A DNA stretch of 64,000 bases from an uncultured Bacilli bacterium (GTDB lineage Bacteria; Bacillota; UBA5301). Shown here piece after piece: positions 55,565-64,000 of the stretch. Under the pieces are notes generated by a model. The model was not told the origin of the DNA. It worked only from the letters and a program-made list of their open reading frames with translations, and searched no databases. How positions within the stretch are numbered: position 1 is the stretch's first letter; every line of letters starts with the position of its first letter. The DNA is taken from positions 7,292 to 71,291 of the forward strand of contig CAZAAT010000001.1 in assembly GCA_964483175.1 (NCBI GenBank), read 5' to 3'. The position numbers and the translations under genes were made by a program.

Positions 55565-56236
55565 TTAAAACCGACCGGGAAATCGCTGACCTAGAGCAGC
55601 AATGCTCTCGGCAAAGATTTGCTCGGGTGCTTTATCTTTGGTGCTAATCACAACGAACCGCTCCGGTTCTGCGGCCGCTAACTGTAAATACCCCCAACGT
55701 ACCCTGGCATGGTAGGCCGGTGCTCTGCGCTCAATCCGGTCGCCGCCGGCGATCCCCTCGAGCGAACTTGCACCGATGGCTCGATTAATTACGCTTTGCG
55801 GATCGACATCGTATAACAAGGTAAGATGGGGCTTTAATCCTCCGGTGGCAGCTTCATTAATTAATTTAACTTTTTGCAGATACTGCCGGCCTAATCCATA
55901 ACCCTGATAAGCGATGCTCGAATCCACATAGCGTTCTGAAATCACAACTTTACCTTGTTGGAGAGCCGGTAAAATCACCTGTTTGACTAGCTGCGCCCGG
56001 GAGGCTGCGTAGAGCAACATCTCGGTCTCGGGAACCATATCGGTATACCGAGGATCGAGGATAATTGCCCGGGTCGCCTCTCCGATCAGAGTTCCGCCAG
56101 GCTCTCTTGTTACCAGGAAATCAATCCCCTGGTTAGCAAGATATTCTTTTAATAAGTTGGCTTGGGTAGTTTTACCAGAACCATCACTACCCTCTAACGT
56201 AATAAACAAGCCCTCAGCACTGACTGCTGCAGTCAT
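55565..56236 (-). CDS. tmk: Thymidylate kinase
   Basis: P-loop ITLEGSDGSGKTT, DRY-like and lid motifs. 223 aa. Confidence 0.9.
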   Translation of the reverse strand: MTAAVSAEGLFITLEGSDGSGKTTQANLLKEYLANQGIDFLVTREPGGTLIGEATRAIILDPRYTDMVPETEMLLYAASRAQLVKQVILPALQQGKVVISERYVDSSIAYQGYGLGRQYLQKVKLINEAATGGLKPHLTLLYDVDPQSVINRAIGASSLEGIAGGDRIERRAPAYHARVRWGYLQLAAAEPERFVVISTKDKAPEQIFAESIAALGQRFPGRF

Positions 56237-57834
56237 GAAAGATCCCCTCTGTCGTCCGGAGCAGTGATCACCACATGGCGATATGGTTCTTCTCCGATAC
56301 TCTGAGAGGTCAGGTTGTAGCTAGCTGCCAATTGATGTTGAAGCCGCCGGATATAGGAATTCTGTGGTTTTAATGCTACCGGATGACGCTCAGCCAAGAC
56401 AGTTTTGGCCGCGTCTTCAGCTTCGATAATTGGTTCGTCTATCCCATCATACAACAGATCTTGCAGATACTTTTCCATCTGCGTAACCGTATTGCTACGG
56501 ATAGGATAAATCGGCAGATTGCGCCCGGCCCCCTCTTTGAGCTTTTTCGGCATCTTGTGGTATTGTCCCTTTAGGGTCAGAATAACATCGGCCAACTGCA
56601 AATCCTTGACAATATGCACCGGCGCCCGCAAGTTGCTAATTGCCTTCTCCAACCTGTTGCGGCTGATCCCGTAGGGATAAATATGTAAAATGCGATCTAC
56701 TGATGTAGCTGGATGAGCAAATCGCGAGTCTTTTTGGATCCTTTTCCCATTACTACGATCACGGCGGAAATTTGGCTGATATGACAGATAATCTGCTTGA
56801 GCCTCTTTTTCCTTTATCTCCAGCGGGCCGGCATTTTGGATAACTTCTATCTCACCCTCCGGAAAACGCTGCCTGATCTCGGGTTGGGGGTCGTAACCCC
56901 GTAGTAAGAGGTCTACGGTGGCGGCCACATCATGATGAATGGCAAACCGATCCCGTTCTTGGATCTCGACAAGGATATCAAAGGTCGGCGGATGCTTGCG
57001 TTCTAAAACCGTCTTTTGTGTGCCCCGACGCTTAGCTTCCTCATCCCCCAAGGTCACAGCTTGGATACCGCCCACCAAATCCGAAAGAGTTGGGTTGGCT
57101 ATCAGATTTTCAAGGGTGTTTCCATGTGCCGTGCCCACCAGTTGGACGCCACGCTCAGCAATTGTCCTTGCTGCCTCAGCCTCAGCTTGGGTCCCAATCT
57201 CATCAATGACAATAACCTCGGGCATATGATTCTCGACCGCTTCAATCATGACCTCTGCTTGCAACTCGGCCCGCCCTACCTGCATGCGCCGGGCTCGGCC
57301 TATTGCCGGGTGCGGAATATCACCGTCTCCGGCGATTTCGTTTGAGGTATCTACAATGACCACCCGTTTGCCAAACTCGGTCGATAAAATGCGCGCTGTT
57401 TCCCTAAGCAAAGTAGTTTTGCCCACACCCGGACGACCCAATAATAATACACTCTTCCCGGTTTCAATCACATCGCGCACGATATCGAGCGTACCATAGA
57501 CTGCCCGTCCAATCCGACAGGTAAGGCCGATCACATCACCCCGACGATTGCGAATCGCCGAAATCCGATGCAAGGTGCGTTCGATCCCAGCTCGGTTATC
57601 AGATCCAAATGAGCCTAGTCTGGCCGTTACATAATCAAGATCTTCCCTGGTTACCGAGATTTCGGAGACATAATCGCGTCCATGGTCAAAACGTAATTCT
57701 AGTTGACGGCCCAGATCCATAACGATCTCAACTAGCTCTTGTTTGTCGGGCGAATCAACGATGATCTTGGTGATATGGGGCGGCAATACCTCTAATAGCA
57801 GATCAAGGTTATCCGTAACTGAGCCTTTTTTCAC
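56233..57834 (-). CDS. SpoIIIAA-like P-loop ATPase fused to a C-terminal R3H-type nucleic-acid-binding region (Ycf45-like family)
   Basis: Walker A LLLGRPGVGKTTLLRE, SpoIIIAA-like core VVIVDTSNEIAGDGDIPHPAIGRARRMQV...EVIVIDEIGTQAEAEAARTIAERGVQLVGTAHG, and about 200 aa of C-terminal basic/aromatic region. Overlaps tmk by 4 nt. Confidence 0.5.
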   Translation of the reverse strand: MKKGSVTDNLDLLLEVLPPHITKIIVDSPDKQELVEIVMDLGRQLELRFDHGRDYVSEISVTREDLDYVTARLGSFGSDNRAGIERTLHRISAIRNRRGDVIGLTCRIGRAVYGTLDIVRDVIETGKSVLLLGRPGVGKTTLLRETARILSTEFGKRVVIVDTSNEIAGDGDIPHPAIGRARRMQVGRAELQAEVMIEAVENHMPEVIVIDEIGTQAEAEAARTIAERGVQLVGTAHGNTLENLIANPTLSDLVGGIQAVTLGDEEAKRRGTQKTVLERKHPPTFDILVEIQERDRFAIHHDVAATVDLLLRGYDPQPEIRQRFPEGEIEVIQNAGPLEIKEKEAQADYLSYQPNFRRDRSNGKRIQKDSRFAHPATSVDRILHIYPYGISRNRLEKAISNLRAPVHIVKDLQLADVILTLKGQYHKMPKKLKEGAGRNLPIYPIRSNTVTQMEKYLQDLLYDGIDEPIIEAEDAAKTVLAERHPVALKPQNSYIRRLQHQLAASYNLTSQSIGEEPYRHVVITAPDDRGDLS

Positions 57835-57856
57835 GCAGCAATCACCCTTTGTTAAA

Positions 57857-59302
57857 TTATATCACTACTCTAATCTGACGGGGAACCCCGCCATTGGTAC
57901 CAGCTATGTTAAATCCATAGATCGCGAGCTCCTGTAAATATTGTATTTGCTCCTGAGTGATAATTTCCCCCGGAATCACTACCGGAATCCCTGGCGGATA
58001 AGGTGCTATAATTTCAGCGGCAATCCTCCCTGCCGCTTGAGTCAGCGAGACTTCGGCCGAATCGGCAAAAAAGGCTTCGCGCGGCGTCATGGCCAGGTCT
58101 GAAAATCCCGGCATCACCGGCGGATCAGGTAACCTGCCCCCCTGGTTATACTTTGCTGCCATATGGCGTAAAGCCTGCTCAAAACGGTTTGTTCCGTCTC
58201 TGGTATCGCCCGGCCCCAATACAGCTAGCACCCGCCGGAAATCAGCCATCTCTGTCTGAATTTGGTGTTCTTGGCGCAAAATAGCAGCAGCTTCCAAGCC
58301 GGAAAGGCCTAAGTCGGAAAAATCCAGGACCAATTTGGTGCGGTCATAGTCCGGATAGCCCAAGGATCGGATTTCCTCGTCGCCAAGCACTTTAATTCCT
58401 GGGAGATCTTTGACCCTGGTCCGAAAATCAATGGCCAGGTCAAGGGTATCGCCTACCAGTTGCTCACCGGCCTCGGCTAATTGAAATACAGCCGCCTCTA
58501 AAGAAGCCAAGAGCAAAAACGACGGGCTCGTCGATTGGATGACATCGACAAATCGTCCTATGTTTATATGGCGCCAATCTTCGGCGACATGCAACATCGA
58601 GCTGCCGGTTAGGGAGGTTAAGAGCTTATGGGTACTCTGAGCTACTAGATCTGCTCCAGCCTGCAGGGCCGCCAGCGGCAGATCGGCAGAAAAACAAAAA
58701 TGAGGGCCATGAGCCTCATCAACCAATAATGGAACCCGATATTCATGGGCAATTTGAGCTATTTGAGTCAAATCAGCTGCGAAACCATAATAACTGGGAT
58801 TTTGGGTGAAAACCGCGGAAATGCCATCGGTCGTACTAAGCACATAACGTAACTGGTCGGGGTCAAGCCGAGAGTCTGGTAGGTCAGGGCTTGTCCGTTG
58901 TGGGTTTAATAAAATAGGGGTACAACCGGTGATAATTGCGGCGCTGATGACCGAAGTATGAACCTGCCGTGGCATAATAACTTTGCCTTGTTTGCCGACG
59001 GCCATAAACATAGCTTGGATACCGGCAGAAGTCCCATTAGTCAGAAAAAAAGTCTCAGCAGCTCCAAACAATGCAGCTGCTTTCTTTTGGGCGGTGGTTA
59101 AAAGCGCGGTCGGAAGAACCCATCTTTGCCCGCATGGTAATAACGGCGGATCAATATCCAGTTTCAATCCCCACCGTTCTAAAGCTGCTTTTAATTTGGC
59201 TTCTATCCCCGCACCCTGTTTATGACCCGGGGTATGCAGAGGCAAAATACCCTGGCTACAGTAATCAATGACTGCATCCAAAAAAGGTTGTTTCAGTGCC
59301 AA
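57857..59302 (-). CDS. Orn/Lys/Arg decarboxylase family protein (YaaO-like, PLP fold type I)
   Basis: 481 aa; major-domain motifs ...STHKLLTSLTGSSMLH (PLP-Lys). Conserved position upstream of tmk as Bacillus yaaO. Confidence 0.8.
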   Translation of the reverse strand: MALKQPFLDAVIDYCSQGILPLHTPGHKQGAGIEAKLKAALERWGLKLDIDPPLLPCGQRWVLPTALLTTAQKKAAALFGAAETFFLTNGTSAGIQAMFMAVGKQGKVIMPRQVHTSVISAAIITGCTPILLNPQRTSPDLPDSRLDPDQLRYVLSTTDGISAVFTQNPSYYGFAADLTQIAQIAHEYRVPLLVDEAHGPHFCFSADLPLAALQAGADLVAQSTHKLLTSLTGSSMLHVAEDWRHINIGRFVDVIQSTSPSFLLLASLEAAVFQLAEAGEQLVGDTLDLAIDFRTRVKDLPGIKVLGDEEIRSLGYPDYDRTKLVLDFSDLGLSGLEAAAILRQEHQIQTEMADFRRVLAVLGPGDTRDGTNRFEQALRHMAAKYNQGGRLPDPPVMPGFSDLAMTPREAFFADSAEVSLTQAAGRIAAEIIAPYPPGIPVVIPGEIITQEQIQYLQELAIYGFNIAGTNGGVPRQIRVVI

Positions 59303-59508
59303 TCACCTCTAAGTAAGTGCTGAACCTCGTTGAAAAAACACTCCCCGATTAACCTGGCTCTTAACAGATAGCCATACTGCTGAGGGGTAGAGGCTAACAG
59401 ATCCTCTTCGCACTGCCGACACAAACACCCCGCACCGACCCTAGTAAAAGGGGCTCGGATGCTACCGCAAATCACACATCTTAAACCAGTCATCGCCATT
59501 TGACCCAC
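59293..59508 (-). CDS. Gin/CsfB-like small zinc-ribbon protein (anti-sigma-G family), tentative
   Basis: 71 aa with C-V-I-C ... C-x2-C-E-E-D pattern (CVICGS...CLCRQCEED) matching the CsfB zinc-binding spacing. AAGGAG RBS. Lies upstream of yaaO-tmk as csfB does in Bacillus. Confidence 0.45.
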   Translation of the reverse strand: MGQMAMTGLRCVICGSIRAPFTRVGAGCLCRQCEEDLLASTPQQYGYLLRARLIGECFFNEVQHLLRGDWH

Positions 59509-59574
59509 TCCTTAAGGGTAAGAGTCCCCCCTAGGTACCACCCTATTCCCTCCAGCAAGGAGCGGTGCTTGTCG

Positions 59575-61500
59575 TCAGCTTCCTTTTTCTTCCCGCATAG
59601 CCGGACCGGCCAGCCGTCTATCCCCGACTCGCTTGGTCCATTTGATTCCGTCAAAATATTCTAGTAAAGCAATAGCATACTTGCGGCTACTATTGGTTCG
59701 GTCACGAAAATCAGCCGCATCAAAATTACCTTGTTCCTGCACCAGAGTTTTCGCCACCTCTTTGGCCACCGAAAGATTGGTCGTGTGAAAATAAAGATTA
59801 TCTGAAACTTTAACCAATACCTCACGCAGAATTAGGTAATTCAGAATCTCGTTTAAACTCTTTTCGGAGAGTTGGAATTCCGCGGCTACATCAACCAGAT
59901 TCGGCGGGGTTAAGCCACTGTTCAAAAACTCGGTACCAATCCGCTCAGCTAAAGCCGCTTCATCCGGGCTCAATTGCAGACCCTTGCCCGGCAATCCGAT
60001 CTCTTTATCATAAACAACGATCTCTCCCCGTTCGGCCCAGATGGCTAGCAGATTGCTGAAATGGCGGTTCTCCCAAGTCGGAACCAAGCGGCTCCGCAGT
60101 TCTTCTTTTGAATATCCCTTGCGCAAGGGATATTGTTCGTGAAACGCGTCTAAGAGATCCTTAGCCTCCGACCACAGCTCCTGTTCACCGCTGGAAAACA
60201 AGAATACTTGGTTATTCTCTAAATCGATAATCTCCTCTTGTCTAAGCAAGTTTCGTAGTTCTGTCCGGATCGTGGCAGGATCAAGTAAAGTTTTTTTCCT
60301 TAACCGCTCCCGGGTAAAAGTATCCCGTGGTGCACCCTCAAAAGCCAGGCGCAACAAATCAGCCGGATCACCGGCCTCTTCCCGGCGCAGAATCTCAGAA
60401 GTTTTGGGATTATTACGTTTCCAGCGTAGAGGATTGCTACTTAAAACCTTGCCTCCGCCAATGGTATGGGCTGGGGAGTAAGATCTGATTACAAAAAGAT
60501 CTCCTCTTGCTGCCACTATCGGCTCCTCAAAGATAATTTGACAATATCCTGAACCACCTGGCTCGATCTGGTCGGCTTCTAAAGTCCGCAATCTAGCTAA
60601 GACCTCGCTAGTGCCGATATGCACCCGAATCCGTTCTCGGTGGATAAGTTCTTTACCACTAGCCAGAACGGATATTTTGGCATCGATCATTTCCGTTGGT
60701 TCGATGACCTCAGGCTCTAAAATAACATCTCCCCGCTTGAGTTCGCTTTTTTCCACTCCGGTTAAGTTCAGGGCGACGCGATGGCCAGCACCGATTGACT
60801 CTACCGGCTCGTCATGAACCTGGATCTGACGGATCTTAGCCCGAACTCCAGCGGGCAGGATCTCCACTTCATCCTTAAGGTTAAGGGTGCCCCCAAGCAG
60901 AGTGCCGGTAACCACCGTGCCATGACCGGAGATTTGAAAGACTCGATCAATCGGCATCCGCAGCAATTTAGATGGCTCGCTTTTGGCCGCCTCAGCAACC
61001 ACCGACTCCACCTTGGCCAGAAGTTCTTGAACCCCTTCGCCTGTAACCGCGGAAACAGGCACCAACGGCGCCTCGGCCAGGCTCGTCCCGACCAATTGCT
61101 CGCGGATTTCCTCCTGAACCAGTTCAAGGAGTTCTTCATCAACAAGATCCATTTTGGTTACCGCCACAACCCCATATTTGACCTGAAGGATATCAATGAT
61201 ATCCAGGTGTTCTCTGGTTTGCGGCATTACTCCCTCATCAGCAGCCACCACCAGGATCACGACATCGATACTGCTAACCCCGGCTAGCATATTCTTAATG
61301 AAGCGCTCATGACCGGGAACATCAATGATCGCCGCGCGTTTTCCGCTAGGCAGAATAAAAGGGGCGAACCCCAAATCTATCGTTAGTCCGCGTTTCTGTT
61401 CCTCGGCCCATCTATCGGTGTTGATGCCGGTTATCGCCTTGACCAGGGTAGTCTTGCCATGATCAACGTGGCCGGCGGTACCGATAATAATCCTACGCAT
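59575..61500 (-). CDS. selB: Selenocysteine-specific translation elongation factor SelB
   Basis: GTPase N-terminus [17 protein letters not shown]-Tu-like domains II/III and C-terminal winged-helix SECIS-binding domains. 641 aa. Confidence 0.9.
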   Translation of the reverse strand: MRRIIIGTAGHVDHGKTTLVKAITGINTDRWAEEQKRGLTIDLGFAPFILPSGKRAAIIDVPGHERFIKNMLAGVSSIDVVILVVAADEGVMPQTREHLDIIDILQVKYGVVAVTKMDLVDEELLELVQEEIREQLVGTSLAEAPLVPVSAVTGEGVQELLAKVESVVAEAAKSEPSKLLRMPIDRVFQISGHGTVVTGTLLGGTLNLKDEVEILPAGVRAKIRQIQVHDEPVESIGAGHRVALNLTGVEKSELKRGDVILEPEVIEPTEMIDAKISVLASGKELIHRERIRVHIGTSEVLARLRTLEADQIEPGGSGYCQIIFEEPIVAARGDLFVIRSYSPAHTIGGGKVLSSNPLRWKRNNPKTSEILRREEAGDPADLLRLAFEGAPRDTFTRERLRKKTLLDPATIRTELRNLLRQEEIIDLENNQVFLFSSGEQELWSEAKDLLDAFHEQYPLRKGYSKEELRSRLVPTWENRHFSNLLAIWAERGEIVVYDKEIGLPGKGLQLSPDEAALAERIGTEFLNSGLTPPNLVDVAAEFQLSEKSLNEILNYLILREVLVKVSDNLYFHTTNLSVAKEVAKTLVQEQGNFDAADFRDRTNSSRKYAIALLEYFDGIKWTKRVGDRRLAGPAMREEKGS

Positions 61501-62913
61501 CTACTTACTTACCTCCCGGCTCTTACTGAGCAGACTTGCGATCACGGGAATTTCTTCATCAAAGATCGTCCGTGCACTAATTAGCAAGCGCTCCTGATTA
61601 AGCCGCCCGATGAGCGGCGGTGTTTGTTGACGTAACCATCTTTCAAGATGCAGCGGTGTTATCCAGGGCAAGGCCACGGAAACCGCTTTGCTCGGTATTT
61701 CGGTGCCAGGCAAAGACCCGCCGCCAGCCTCGGAAATGTCGTCAATTACTTCGACCATCGCATCTTGACCACAGTGTTGCCTGATCACCTCGGCCAATTT
61801 TTGCGCCCGTAACTCGACCACTTTTATGGGTTCGGTCAGCATCCGTAAGGTCGGGATCTGCTGGAGCGCTAGGCTGGGGACCAAATACAATTTAAGGGTT
61901 GCCTCCAGCGCCGCAAGGGTCATTTTGTCAATCCGCAATGCCCGAGTCAGTTGGTTTTGCTTAATTCGCTGAATCAAGTCGCGTTTACCGACGATAATCC
62001 CGGCTTGCGGTCCTCCCAAGAGCTTGTCTCCACTAAAAGTGACAATATCTACACCCGCCTGAACACTCTGCTGTACCGTAGGTTCAGCTGGAAGCCCGTA
62101 AGCCGCAAGGTCTACCAATACGCCGCTTCCTAGGTCTTCGATCAGCAATTTTCCCTGATTATGAGCAAGCTCTGCCAATTGCGCCAGATCAACCGAAGCA
62201 GTAAAACCTTGAATGCGGAAATTGCTCGTATGAACCTTTAAAATCACTTTGGTCTCAGGTGATATCGCCTCGGCATAATCCCTGAGGTGCGTCTTATTGG
62301 TAGTTCCAACTTCGCGCAAAATGGCTCCGCTGCGCGCCATTACCTCTGGAACCCTAAAGGATCCACCGATTTCAACTAGCTCACCCCGGGATACGATCGC
62401 CTCTCCGCCTTTGGCGAAGGTATCTAAGGCTAGCATAATGGCTGCGGCATTGTTGTTTACTACTAAGCCGGCCTCGGCTCCAGTAACCTGAACAAGTAAC
62501 TTTTCAACATGGGAATACCGCGATCCCCTCTCGCCTTCTGCTAGATCATACTCCAAATTAGAAAAAGATGCGGCGATTCGGCTTACTGCCGCCTGGGCTG
62601 TAGGAGCTAGCGGCGACCGGCCAAGATTGGTATGGATAATGACCCCTGTCCCATTAATCGCTGGTCGTAGATGCAAATCCTGCTCCCAGTTTGCAAAAAA
62701 TTCGGCCAGCCGACCATCCCAGCCCGTACTGTCATCCGGGACCTGGGCCAGTCCGGAAAGAACCTGCTGCCGCAGTTCACCAATGTATAGGCGGATCAGG
62801 TCCACCACCGCGTCGCGCTGCCAACGCTCGGCTTGTCTAACAGCAGAAGGCAATTCGAGCAGCTCATTAACTGGGGGAATACGTCGCAGTTGTACATTTG
62901 GCTCTTGTTCCAC
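61501..62913 (-). CDS. selA: L-seryl-tRNA(Sec) selenium transferase SelA
   Basis: 470 aa; PLP-lysine region ...DIVTFSGDKLLGGPQAGIIVGK... Abuts the selB start. Confidence 0.9.
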   Translation of the reverse strand: MEQEPNVQLRRIPPVNELLELPSAVRQAERWQRDAVVDLIRLYIGELRQQVLSGLAQVPDDSTGWDGRLAEFFANWEQDLHLRPAINGTGVIIHTNLGRSPLAPTAQAAVSRIAASFSNLEYDLAEGERGSRYSHVEKLLVQVTGAEAGLVVNNNAAAIMLALDTFAKGGEAIVSRGELVEIGGSFRVPEVMARSGAILREVGTTNKTHLRDYAEAISPETKVILKVHTSNFRIQGFTASVDLAQLAELAHNQGKLLIEDLGSGVLVDLAAYGLPAEPTVQQSVQAGVDIVTFSGDKLLGGPQAGIIVGKRDLIQRIKQNQLTRALRIDKMTLAALEATLKLYLVPSLALQQIPTLRMLTEPIKVVELRAQKLAEVIRQHCGQDAMVEVIDDISEAGGGSLPGTEIPSKAVSVALPWITPLHLERWLRQQTPPLIGRLNQERLLISARTIFDEEIPVIASLLSKSREVSK

Positions 62914-62917
62914 TTCC

Positions 62918-63964
62918 TTATCCCTCCAAGAACAGGGTCTTTGACTCTTGTTCGCAAAATTCGCCTACTACCGCAGCCGGAATGCCCTGATGTTGCAATG
63001 CCTGCAGCAGCGGTTGTTCCTGGTCAGCCGGGATGGCAAAGAGCAACCCACCTGAGGTCTGCGGGTCAGCGGCTAACTCGACATAAACTGGATCTACTGA
63101 GGAGGCAATCTCCATCCGCTCCTCAAAAAAATGAAGGTTGGCCATCAATCCGCCAGGCAAATAACCTTGCTTAGCATATTCAAACGCCCCAGGCAACAAC
63201 GGTAGCTGACTGGTAAAGATCTTAACACTGACATTACTACCTGCCGCCATCTCACCCAGATGCCCCAAAAAGCCGAATCCGGTAATGTCGGTACAGGCGC
63301 GAACAGAAAATTCGGCGGCGGTTTCGGCGGCTAGTTTATTAAGTGTAGCCATTGATTCTACCATCGCCTTGATATGCTCCGCATCTGCTTTGCCTTTTTT
63401 CACAGCTGTGCTAATAACCCCGGTTCCGAGTGGTTTGGTCAGGATTAAACGATCTCCCGGTCGAGCACCCGCATTAGACCATACCTTTTCCGGATGAACT
63501 ATCCCGGTAACCGCCAAACCGTACTTGGGCTCGTCATCTTGTACGGTGTGGCCGCCCAATAGCAATGCCCCCGCCTCCTGAACCTTCTCTGCCCCGCCAC
63601 GGAGAATCTCGCCGAGAATAGCCAGATCCAAGTTACACGGAAAGCAGACGATATTTAATGCTATCAAGGGACGACCACCCATCGCCCAGACATCGCTGAG
63701 CGAATTGGCCGCTGCAACCTGTCCATACCAATATGGATCATCTACAATCGGAGTAAAAAAATCTAACGTTTGCACTAAAGCTGTATTGTCGTCGAGCTTA
63801 TATACTGCGGCATCGTCTACAGTGTTAATTCCAACCAACACATTCTCATCGAAAGGTATTTGCGGTAAGTGGCGAAGCACTTGATCCAAGGCCCCTGGAC
63901 CAAATTTAGCTGCTCAACCAGCCTTCGATGAGAGCTGGGTCAATTTGACTTGTTCTACACTCAT
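62918..63964 (-). CDS. selD: Selenide, water dikinase SelD, itself a selenoprotein (in-frame UGA = Sec at 63914-63916)
   Basis: The ORF track begins at a TTG at 63889. Reading the same frame upstream gives MSVEQVKLTQLSSKAG-U-AAKFGPGALDQVL..., starting at ATG 63964 with AGGAGG 8 nt upstream. The single TGA sits exactly where E. coli SelD has GAG-C-GCK. AIR-synthase-like fold downstream. Confidence 0.85.
63883..63913 (-). promoter_or_regulatory. Candidate bacterial SECIS hairpin immediately 3-prime of the selD UGA codon
   Basis: mRNA UGA-GCAGCUAAAUUU-GGUCCA-GGGGCC-UGGAUC: a 6-bp stem (one G-U pair) with G-rich apical loop starting 12 nt after UGA, the spacing expected for SelB-dependent recoding. 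Confidence 0.4.
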
Positions 63965-64000
63965 TGCTGCAACCTCCTTACTATGAGTCTTTGCACAAAC

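Noticed and set aside
1-64000. CRISPR arrays, IS elements/transposases, integrases, rRNA or tRNA genes
   Set aside because: No direct-repeat/spacer periodicity, no terminal inverted repeats flanking a transposase-like ORF, and no long non-coding stretches with tRNA or rRNA hallmarks. All gaps over 100 nt are accounted for as leaders or promoters.

Overview
This 64-kb window appears to be chromosomal backbone, not an island, from a spore-forming, strictly anaerobic Firmicute (Clostridia-like); GC is about 50-52% and many genes overlap by 1-30 nt. Part of it matches the origin-proximal block conserved in Bacillus/Clostridia (csfB/gin - yaaO - tmk - darA(yaaQ) - yaaR - holB - yaaT/ricT ... rsmI - abrB ... 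metG - tatD, and rpsF - ssb - rpsR - yybS - rplI), but with insertions and rearrangements. The window starts inside a paaK-like gene followed by iorAB. It then holds a gerA-type germinant receptor operon, degV, glpX, sporulation-associated LysM/SpoVID-like/GH18-like genes and a Lon-family protease. The core of the window is an 11-kb minus-strand operon: gcvT-gcvH-gcvPA-gcvPB, two tandem radical-SAM genes, an LplA/LipM-type ligase, a stand-alone MetH activation domain, metH and metF. The operon is preceded by a leader carrying a glycine-riboswitch-like block and an intrinsic terminator. The rest holds class II (B12) ribonucleotide reductase nrdJ, a membrane GAF-GGDEF cyclase, a metG operon with U32 peptidase, class-III aminotransferase and a signal-less PF04392 binding protein, a stand-alone Mur-ligase paralog, and the selB-selA-selD selenocysteine genes. 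selD contains an in-frame UGA (Sec) codon that the ORF track truncates. The most interesting candidate system is the LplA/LipM-type ligase plus two radical SAM proteins inside the glycine-cleavage operon. This looks like a LipA-independent, two-component (LipS1/LipS2-type) lipoyl synthase dedicated to the H protein, coupled to one-carbon flow into methionine. No CRISPR arrays, IS elements, rRNA or tRNA genes were recognised. All calls rest on reading the sequence and ORF translations by eye; no searches were run.
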